From the NCBI GenBank assembly GCA_964188305.1, contig OZ076894.1: a stretch of DNA of 64,000 nt, one strand, 5' to 3'. A program made the translations under genes and the position numbers. Positions 37,813 through 48,115 of this stretch are shown here, piece after piece. Numbering within the stretch: position 1 is the first letter of the stretch; every line of letters starts with the position of its first letter. The stretch comes from Podarcis bocagei (Eukaryota). Under the pieces are notes generated by a model. That model saw nothing but the letters and a program-made list of their open reading frames with translations. It was not told the DNA's origin and ran no database searches.

Positions 37813-39870
37813 TCCGATTGTTAGTTCATCGGTGTTACTGGCACAAACTTGTACCTGGTGCACAAACTCAACTAGGGATACACTTCTGCTAACAAGTAGA
37901 GCAGAGGCAGTTGGCTGAGACCCTCTTGCCAGACATAGGATTACAGTGATATACACTTAATCATTTGGCTATAAAGTTACTGTTTGCATCACAAATTTGA
38001 ATGAAAAACAGACATGCAAGTGTATGTGTCTCTGCTTTATTCTGTGCCTTGTACAGTACAAATCAGCTGTCAGGGTCTATCCACAAATGCAGTAGCCTTA
38101 TTACATGAGCATCCTTAGGTTTCCTTTGATTCTGCTTGTATCAAGGAAGCTGTAAATTGCATGCTAGTTTGTATATGTACAAGTATATGTGGACTGCCAA
38201 AGTTACAGCCCTTTTGAAGCCACCATAAGCTCAGGAATTTCAGCAAATGCATTACTTCCTGTTCATTACTTCCTCCTTGTAATTGTGATCAACACTGCAT
38301 GCAGTACAGGATATCTATATAGGATGGGGGGGCGGGACGGGTCAGCCTCATGCATGAACTGGTCCTCACTTTAATTTACTTATACTTCCAGTAAATATGC
38401 TAAATTTTATTAAGCCTCCTCTGAAGCAATGCTGCTATGGAAATTAACAGTAGTGTCTCACGCTACTTCCAGGAAAGGAAGCCAAATCAGATTAAGAAAA
38501 ACAGACGGAGCAACTGTAGGAGATGCATCAGGGACTGGCCACAAGCCACAAACATCCCCCAGAAAATCCCAGTGTGCAGATTTGTGGCAGGCAGTGGCTG
38601 TTCTACAGAGGGGGTGGGATTGAGAATAGTTTCTCTAAGAAGAAAATTCAAAATAAAACAGAGTAAGCTAGACACTCGAAGGTTTCAAGCTGTGCCCGAT
38701 CATCAGAATTCTTCTTCTTCTCCTGAGGTCAGCCAGGTATATGGCAACACAGGGGGTCAATATAGCATTGAAAAGGTGAGGAGCATGTGTCCAGTCAACA
38801 ACCCTTCACAATCAATCAAAAGGGACTTACCTTCTTCCTATATTCTTCCATTCCTTGTTCTCTGCATTCGCTCTACAGGTTCTTCCCATAATTGACTCTT
38901 CGAGAGAATCCATACCTCATCAGGCAATGCAGCTTTTATTGAACTGTGCCTGTAAGACCGCAGTTTCAGGGTTGCATTTTTTTTACCTTTGAATACTCGC
39001 ACTTAAGCACAAAGCAACTTCCTGCACACCATTTATTAGGCTTTATATGAAGATTCAGAAGAGCACACGCCACTCACAAATATGCATGGAGAGTTCAGCG
39101 ATACTGGGGCTGCCAACCCCATCAGTGATGTCCATGCAGCTCCTATGCACATTTGATGAAATGCAGTCAAGGGGAGCCCACACCCAAACATCTGTATCTG
39201 CATAGGCTTCTCCCCAAGAATACGATTCAGTCTATAAAGCTTGTAGCAGAAATGCAGTCCATGATGGCCTAGGAGTCTGGCTCCTGGCTCCCCCTGAATC
39301 CAAAATACCTCCCTCGAATTCTATGCTTGGTAAAATAATGGCAGAGTTCTACAAGGGGAGCACTAAGACTCCGGAGGAGGAAGCTGACAGCCAGGGCCAC
39401 CCACTGAACTTGTTATATGTAAGAAGGGAGGTGGGGCTGTTACCCAAATGCTCTGATGGACCAGTGTCCACTGTGTGTGAGAGAGAGGGGAGGGGAGAGA
39501 GAGAGAGCTCTTAATTGGAAGAACATTCTATGCAATACAGTTACACTAAATGTGTTGGTCAATGGGTAAAGTGAAAGGGTCCTTAGCCACCTTAGCTATA
39601 CTGTAGGGTTGACACAGTATGGCTAATTTTATCATTTGAATCCCGGACATGCCCAGGAAATTCCAGATGTATGGCAACCCTTCTGGGTATATTTTCACTT
39701 ACTTTGAGACAGAAGAGGAGTGACCAGGGTGGAGAGAACACAGTGACACTGCAGGATAAATTGGTGATCCAGGGACAGCCATTGACAGCTCGGTGTGTAG
39801 AATTCTCTCAGCTCAGGCAGAAATAGAAATTATTTGTGTATTGAGGCCTGTGACCACCCTGCCCTCTAAG

Positions 39871-40620
39871 GTGCGAATAACTAGACAACACACAGCATAT
39901 TGGTTTTGGGATCAAATAAGTCCACAGCTTTATTGGTTACAGATGTGAGGTTTGGCCATAGGCATTGTGGTAAGCAACAGCGCATGTCACTCCCACCCAT
40001 GCGTTGAGAGTGCTTCTAAGGGTGAAGCTGGAATGTCAAATCAGAACATCCCCCAAGCGGTCCCCATTGGAGGAGTGGTATGGCCCTAGCCCCCGTCTGG
40101 GCATCAGACAGGAGCCACTGCTCCCGGATCCTTTTAACAGGATACCCTTACCCATGGAGGGGCAGGCGGAGGCTACAACCCCCTCTACAACCAAGACTAG
40201 GCTTACCCAATGCCTATCTGCCTTACAAAGTTGTGACAATTGCTGTGAGGTAGGCGAAAACACAAATGGTGATGCCAATTAGCCGAGCAGGCCCCTATAA
40301 CTTAGGTGACCGACATTGTCCATAGCAAAGTCATACCATCCGTGGGGGAAAAACCCTAATCTGAGGGAGAGTGGGTGGGAGAACTGGCCCACTGAGGCAG
40401 GGGCCAAAATGCCCCACAGGCCAGGCATTTAAACTTCCTCTGAGCACGGTGCCTAGGGCCGCAATTGGTTGTTTGGTCCCACGCCCAGAGGAACACCTCC
40501 TAATTCCTGCCGCCATTGGCCCATTTGGTGACAGGAAGATCACCCAGCCTGTGATAGGCTGGTTTACCAGGGAGGCCGCAAAGCCGCCCGCCCGTTAAGG
40601 GGGTGAGCGGACCTATTCAA
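39871..40620 (-). mobile_element. Solitary terminal repeat, probably of a tyrosine-recombinase (DIRS/Ngaro) retrotransposon
   Basis: Sharp GC/CpG-rich block. On the minus strand: CCAAT boxes (about 40515, 40465), TTTAAA (about 40430) and AATAAA (about 39930) followed by a GT-rich tract. No TSD found. Confidence 0.55.
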
Positions 40621-42482
40621 AACACGTGTTTGATTCATTTGACTTCAGTTTGGGAAAACGCTGCCTGATCGACTAACCTCACTTCAATGAGAAGACCTGG
40701 ATTTCAGCCAGTGGAATTAAACAGGCTTAAATCCAGGTGCTGTAGATTTCCTGTAATTTAGATCTAACTACTACAATGCAGATTCACCCCCCCCCAAAAA
40801 AAACACCTAAAAATAGATGTTTAAAGCCCTTCTGGGAGAACAATTCTTTTTTTACACATTACATTATCAGCCTTGGCATTATCTTATCCGTTTAGCAGGG
40901 AGTGGAGGGGATGAAGATGACATGATGATGTGGGAAAAGATTTGTTTGGCAAGTTACTCTAACGAAAAATTAAGCTGCCATGTGTCAAAAAGCCTCTATG
41001 GTGCTACAGTGGAAACACAAGTGAAATGTGATGTTCCTCTGAATGCATCTATTGCAAGTTCTGATCTCCTAAGGTTCATTTTGCTATGAATCCAAGATAG
41101 TGAATTTGAAGCCTTCCGTTGCTGAGATCTGCTTGCTACTGTCTTTGCTTATAATAAAACGTTATAAATTATGGAAAAAGTCCAGTTATACAGTTTTGAG
41201 ATGTTAATTACAGATGGGAGATTGTATTCCAAACTTTCAATTGCAAGAAACTATTGATTAAATAGATCAGAACTGATTACAGGAGTGTCAGTGGTAAGTT
41301 GAGGGGTTTTTAGTATATGTGCTTAACAGCATAGATGATTTTTAGGTTGCAGATTAGTCACCGATGTATCAGAGATACATTAGCAAGTTGTATGGAGAGG
41401 GAGTCAGTGTTCTTTTCATGCGGATTCCTCAGCCATAGCTCCCACCCAGTTTCAACTGCGCCTACTTCATAGCAGTAAAGAAACATGCTTGCAATTACAA
41501 AGGTGTTAATTTCAGCATTGCGTGCACTTTTTTTTTATTAGATTGGCATGAACATTTCACACTCGAGTGTGTGCTGTAATTGGAACAAACTGCAACACCT
41601 ACTACTAAAAAACACCGGCCTTCTTTGTACACATTGTATGTCACCTCCATTTAAAATTCCCTAGCCACACTTCTGCCTCCCAAGCTGCCTTTGAAGGCAA
41701 ATTTATGTGTTTTAAGGACAATTCAAGCATATTGAAAGCACAGCAGGGGACTGTAAACAATCGGAAAGGGAACAAGGGCAGTCTTCAGCATCCTTGTGTG
41801 GGCAGAGCATAGAGAGAGGAGAGATTGTCATTTTATAAGGAATAATTCAGCATTTCTAATAAGAAGATATTAGGGTATATGAAACCTTGTCTAGTGCTTC
41901 ACTATTATAAGGACTATTCATCTAGAATGATCATAATGCAATATTGGTATCAAGCATTATTACTGTTGTTAATAATTTCGGACAGTAGTGTGACTCTTCT
42001 TCATTTTCCACAATGGACCAGCCTTCACTGAAGGATCTCTACCAATAGCTGCTGTTGCAGAAGCTCTGAGACTTATGAGAGGGAGTCCTAATTGTTTTTG
42101 AGTGATTAAAAGAAGGACCTAATTAGGAGTCTTCCATCCCTGTCCTATTGATCAATTATCAACTTTGATGCCTCAGGATGAAACTTGACAACAATTTTGT
42201 CCAGGCAGAATCCTCAGGATGACTTCTGTTGACTGTGGAGTAACTACATTTGAGAAGCAAATATAGAAGCTCAAGCACTCCTCTCTCTGCCTCTTCAAGT
42301 GCTGGGCAGTTTCAGCTTAACTACCCAAATATAAGTACAAGGACAATATATAGATAATATAGATGTCAAGATTTTATTCATAGTACAAAAATGTCAGTTG
42401 CAAGGTTTTGGAAGAAGGTAGCAGCCCCCTTATAAGAGTGGTTTCATGAGTTGTGGGATACAAGTGTGATGTGTAAATTAAC

Positions 42483-42972
42483 TGTCAGGGACTGGGCAGA
42501 GGAGGAATGGTGGAGACCGCCTCCCCAGCCTGAACCTTCCAGAGAAGAAGAAGACAGTTCAGAATCACAACCGGGGTTTGAGGGAGGTCACACCTTAGAG
42601 GCAGATGAGGGGGAAAGTTGGGAAATAATGGGAGAGGAGGAGCAGGCAGCAGCTGGCTGACACATTGTCACTAGAAAGCATTACAGACCCACCATCTCCC
42701 AGAACCCAGCGAGCCTTAAAAGTAGGAAAGCAAAGAGCTCAAAGACAGAGGGCACTTAGTGGTACCCGTAGAGGTGATGATGACGAATGAGGAAGTGGGA
42801 GATAAGGAGGGTGGAGATTCACTCGGGACAACGCCATTATCCAAGAGGCTGTGTTCCAAAGCCTCTCTCTGTAAATACTGGGGGGGGGGGGGAGCTGATG
42901 GTAAGAAACTTTTCCTTGTCTTTGTATGTTCCTAGGCAACCAGCCATGGGAGTTGCTTGCAGACGCCTAACA
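42483..42972 (+). mobile_element. Solo LTR, 490 bp (Gypsy-like)
   Basis: TGTCAGG...CCTAACA inverted termini (6/7). Perfect 5-bp TSD TTAAC at 42478-42482 and 42973-42977. Confidence 0.9.
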
Positions 42973-43016
42973 TTAACAGTTCATATTTGGGTCTGAGAAA
43001 ACTCGATGTAGGAAGA

Positions 43017-43500
43017 GCATAAGAACAACCCTGCTGGATCAGGCCAAAAGCCCTCCTAAACCAGAATCCTGTTCTCACAGTGGCCAACCAGTTGCCTATG
43101 GGAAGCCCAGAAGCAGGACCGGAATATGACAGCCAGTAACCACAGAGCGTAGAGCTTGCCGATCAGAAGGTCAGCGGTTCGAATCCCCGCAACGGGGTGA
43201 GCTCCCGTTGCTCAGTCCCTGCTCCTGCCAACCTTGTAGTTCGAAAGCACGTCAAAGTGCAAGTAGATAAATAGGTACCGCTCCTGCAGGAAAGTAAACG
43301 GCGTTTCCGTGTGCTGCTCTGGTTCGCCAGAAGCGGCTTAGTCATGCTGGCCACATGACCCGGAAGCTGTACGCCGGCTCCCTTGGCCAATAAAGTGAGA
43401 TGAGCACTGCAACCCCAGAGTCGGTTACGACTGGACCTAATGGTCAGGGGTCCCTTTACCTTTATTCAGATGCATACTACTTCTGACTGGAGGGAGAGCA
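43017..43500 (-). mobile_element. CR1 3'-end fragment split by a Sauria SINE
   Basis: Homology to 2487-2685 on both sides of the SINE: ctgttctcacagtggccaacc on the left and gcatactacttctgac on the right. Confidence 0.7.
43138..43463 (+). mobile_element. Sauria SINE, 5'-truncated
   Basis: Starts at aaccacagagc and is otherwise collinear with the 22715 copy through ggtccctttaccttt. Confidence 0.93.
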
Positions 43501-44385
43501 AGGATCAATTTGCTAAGAAATTGCAAATTTAATGATTTAATGATAAGTTTGTTAATATTCTTATTCTTTGTTTGCATTGGTTTAAGGAAGTTATCTGTTG
43601 ATCAGTTATGGTGATATTAAGAATTTGTTGCTTTTTTCTTATTTTTGTGTTTATATAATTATGGAAAAAAATTGTACTAATTACACATAGGGAATGGAAG
43701 GTAAAAGCCACCCCTAACCAGGTAACATAGTTTGGAAGTTGCCAATGTCCCAGTAGTATCACAGCAAATTCCTAATGTTCAGCTGGGCTACCACCACAGA
43801 CCATCCTAGTGGCTTTTGCTTTCCAAGCTTCCTGTAGGAAATGATGTTTCATTCCCAGACTTTCAACATTTTCCCTTCCTCAAAGGGATATCCCAGAAAA
43901 GAAGTACCACGAACTATTGTTACAAACATTATTGTTAACAGCCCAAAGCCACCATGATATATGTATGATCTTTTACTTAATTTCATACCTGAGCATGGTA
44001 GATGCTCATGCATCATTAAAAAAAGAGAGAGGAAATGTGTCACTAAATGTGTCGTTAAAAAAAGGACACTGATTTGCACAACATTTGCATATACTGATTT
44101 ACATGTGCATAGGGAAATTTAGAAAGGATTACTATAATTTAAATATACATTCAAGGCCAGGAAGACTGTAACTAGCTAACCTGCTGTGTACCTGTTCAGT
44201 CTCCTGTCGAGGTGCGAAGTGTTGATGAGCAACTTCAAGACTCCAAGCAACTTACAGTCCTTAACCTTTAAAATGGACTTGGACAGGACATCCTTTTGAA
44301 TATTGGACAGTCCTCTGTAAAGTAGGGTCAGAGCATATGGCCATGCTATAACCTGAGTCACATTTCATGATTTCTAGTGGCTATA

Positions 44386-44626
44386 CAGTCGTACCTTGGT
44401 TCTCAAACACCTTGGTACTCATACGTTTTGGCTCCCGAATGCCAAAAACCCAGAAGTAAGTGTTCCAGTTTTCAAATGCTTTTCGGAAGCCGAATCTCCG
44501 ACGTGGTTTCCAGCTGAGTGCAGGAAGCTCCTCCAGCCAATCGGAAGCCACACCTTGGTTTTCAAACAGTTTCGGGAGTCAAACAGACCCCCGGAACGGA
44601 TTAAGTTCGAGAACCAAGGTCCACTG
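44386..44626. mobile_element. Tigger/pogo-like MITE
   Basis: TIRs cagtcgtaccttggttctcaaac / gttcgagaaccaaggtccactg with TA TSD. Confidence 0.88.
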
Positions 44627-45022
44627 TATTTTTATGTAGTAGCTTCTAGGGCAGGAAAGGAAGAAATCTATTCCTAATGTCAGCTGTAGTGTTTGTTGTT
44701 CTCTACTGTAGCATTAGAAAAAGGGGTGTCCTTGTAGGAACACAGAATTTCCTGGTGATGGAGCAGATTTGCTGATGGTGATGAAGAGATGTGTTTTATA
44801 AATGATGGTAATTATTTCTAAATTTGCATGTGTACATAAACATTAGCATATGCACATATTCTACAAATCTGTGCCCTCTTTTCTGTTTTGTTTTGTTGTT
44901 TTTTTGGCAATGTGCAACTGGCCACTCTGGACTCAGCTGTGAGATACGAGGAACCAGAAAATGATGTTTTGCTCCATTTTTATCCCCAATTTTACCCATA
45001 ATTCATAAGAACTCACAACAAA

Positions 45023-45024
<2 letters not shown>

Positions 45025-45077
<53 letters not shown>
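45025..45077. repeat. (ATT)n microsatellite, probably a retroposon tail
   Basis: Pure trinucleotide run. Confidence 0.97.
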
Positions 45078-45186
45078 TGCGTACTGCCACAGGTCTCAGG
45101 GCAGTTCACAGGATAAAAATTATTTGCAGCTATCACACAATAGCTTCTAACTGTGAAACAGCTATCAGAGTTGAGCAGTAGACCTG

Positions 45187-45285
45187 CGTCACGGACTGGC
45201 TAGATGCAGAGAAGTAGTGGGAGGTGGGACCAAGAGGCAGAGTGGAGGCAGGCTGCTAAAGAAGCCAGGGAGTCTCCCCTACTGG
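45187..45285 (+). mobile_element. Degraded 5' fragment of an LTR related to 42483-42972
   Basis: cgtcacggactggctagatgcagagaagtagtgggag versus tgtcagggactgggcagaggaggaatggtggag. Confidence 0.45.
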
Positions 45286-47596
45286 GACGAATTACTGGTA
45301 CATGGCAGAAATTTATTGCTGTGGCATAGATAGAAGAAATGACATGTCCTTTTGTGTGCAAAATAAATAGTGGGGTTTAGAGAGGGTCAGCTTCACTTGT
45401 TCCCCCATGTAGCAGCTCTAATATTCATCCCATCTCTAATTTCACCAGTTGGTGGATATGGGGTTTCCAAAAATACATTTCTAGTTTGTGTTGTGCTTGA
45501 GCTAATACACAGTAAATAGACAAAACATCAAATTCTCAGTGAAAAGGACTAATATGCTCATTGAATTTAAGAGCTAGAGTGAACAGGAATGCTGCTTCAT
45601 GTTAAATCACCTTCAGTGTTTGAAAAAACACCTGGATAGATTCAAGAACCAAAGCGGAAGGACCGGTGAAAAATATGAATTAATGAGTACCACATTTCTA
45701 CAATACAATGTTTTTGACTACTATAGACCTATAAATAAAATATGCTGTGTGCATACTTGGCACCCTCCAACTGAGTAACGTTAATGTAAGTAGACACAGA
45801 TTTCTAAGCCCTTTTATATAAAATGTGGTTAGTTCCCGCTTTCTGAGCTATGTTAATGAACGCCAGAGAGACTATAGGGTGCATTTTAACTTTTTGTTTA
45901 CCCCATCAGACACATGCTGGGAGAGCCATAAGTGCCGTTCCCATGGCAAAGCGATTGCCACATGTAGTTAAAAGGTCCATGATTGAACAATTAATCGCAT
46001 TTTTAAAAATTATTTGCTTTCACACATTGAACACAATAGGCCTTTGTTATATTTAATAGCTTCGGCATGAAAGCAATGCACTAGCCACAAAAACACTATA
46101 ATGGCATACCTTTGGCCACAATAAATTGCTACATTTTTTTTAATATGTCTGGACTGTAACAGACTCTTGATTCTCCCAGCCCAATCAAGTCTCTTTCATG
46201 CTATTTGTGTGACATATGAATACTGTTAATGCAAGGGAGAAGGTGGAAGAAAAATCAAATTATGCCATTCCATTAACATCTTTAGTCTTCATCTGGGTGA
46301 TTTGACTTGTAAGACATAAGTCGTACATTCGTAATTTCAAGTCATTGGCTGTGGAATAACATTTTGACTTGTGTTATCATTGTGCATGTTTAATTTTCAA
46401 AAACTCAAATGTATACTGCTTATTATAAGTTTGTTTGCAGTACTGCCTTTCAACAGCACATTCTCAAAGCAGTTACCTAGTAAAATTCAGCAATGAAAAC
46501 ACCCTAAAAGAGGGGTGGAAAACCTGGACTCCAGCTCCCATCAGCCCTAGCCAGCATGGTCAGTCACCAACATCTGGAGGGTCACAGATTCCCCGCCTCT
46601 GCCATAAAACATCTTCACTCTAAAGTTTTCACTACAGTTTGTCTTCATTTCTCTTTCTCGGACAAGGAGTCTAATATACCTTGGTGGGCAAATGGTATCA
46701 GTGGCTCTTGCCTCTCAGGTCTCTCTCTGTATAAGAGGAAAAAATAGATTTCACATTTTCATGGTAGAGCCATTTAAACACAAACCAGTTTAACCATGCC
46801 TCACTAAAATGCCCTTCTCTTTTTATTGGTTCCTTTCCCTGTTCCATCCAGTCTTACCTAGGGGTAGTCCTGCCATTAAGCAGAGTGAGGTAGCTGCCTC
46901 AGGTGACAGAACTTTCGCTTGACTGCAAACTGTTTAAATTCTTGATGGACTCAACATTTCAAGCCCTCTCATCCTCTCATCCAGTCAGTGTCAGATACTT
47001 CACTGCCATAGTCTCAATGTGATATGATCTGATACTTTAGTGATCAAGTCTAATTCTATTACAGGGAAGAGGATTTCAGACACTTCTGACAACTCGTGTG
47101 TACTTCCCGAGCAGTTTCATCACATGCATTTTCAATGTTTCTGAATATGCTGGCCAATTTTAATGGTATTTTATTTTTGCAAAGACATACATTTTGGTTT
47201 CTAAAATGTAGAGCTGTCAGCATTTTCACAACCGGGAGAGGTGGAAATTATATGAACTCCATTTAAACTCCCAAAAGGACTACATGCCCATTGCCAAGTC
47301 CAATTATGCTTTTTATAAAATACTATCATTACATCCCTGAATTATGAGATTCTTATCACATGATAGGTGAATTTGATTTATCAGTGAAATCAATTTGGCA
47401 AAGCTTTTGCAAACAGAAATGTATGTTCCTTTTTACTTTGGAGAAGAGCAAGGAATTGGGACAGTGGTAGCTTTTAGCATTTTATTCTAGTGTCATTGTT
47501 TTCCTGTCCTAGAACATGTACCTTGAAATCTACAGCACAATCAACAATTGCTCTTGGACCAGATTTATAGTGTTGGAGTGGTAATGTAAAGAAACC

Positions 47597-48115
47597 TCCG
47601 ATTATTTAGACCCATTCCAATCTGGGTTCAGGCCTGGCCATGGAAATGAGTTGGCTTTGGTTGCCCTGATAGTTGAACTTTGTAGAAAGCAGGACAGGGG
47701 GAGTGCAATCTGATTCCTTCTTCTTGATCTCTCATTGGCATTTGATACCAAATGCTACACTGTAGGGTGCCGTAAGAGACTCTCTTAACTCGGGTGCTAT
47801 TTAATATCTACATGAAGCCATTGGGAGCAGTCATTTGAAGTTTTGGGATTGGGGTACCATCAGTATGCTAACAATACTCAGCTCCATTTCTCCATAACTC
47901 CTGGATCAAGAGAGGCTGTACAGTCCCTGGGCCGTTGCCTGGATGCAGTAGTGAAATGGGTGAAGAAAAACAACATGAGCTTGAATCCTGGCCAGACAGA
48001 GTCACTGTGGGTGAGTAGCTTCCTTGTCTCAGAAACTGAGCAGTGGCCCATCCAGCATGGGGTCGCACTCCCCCTGAAAGAACAGGTTCACATTTTGGGG
48101 GTGCTTCTGGACCCA
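47597..48115 (+). mobile_element. L2 LINE reverse-transcriptase remnant with internal deletion
   Basis: DYLDPFQSGFRPGHG.E.AL...LLLDLSLAFDT, then LFNIYMKPLG and YHQYANNTQL (decayed YADDTQL), then LGVLLDP. Confidence 0.9.

Noticed and set aside
38437-38895. 152-aa plus-strand ORF
   Set aside because: No recognisable homology. The best-matched splice signals here are on the opposite strand.
38888-38928. Minus-strand CTGATGA...CGAAG looks like a hammerhead core
   Set aside because: Helices I and II do not pair convincingly and GAAA is replaced by GAAG.
44256-44314. Exon-like segment on the minus strand (tttacag ... gtaagt)
   Set aside because: The acceptor lies in ggacagtcctctgtaaagtagg, which looks like a DNA-transposon subterminal sequence, and the peptide is unrecognisable.
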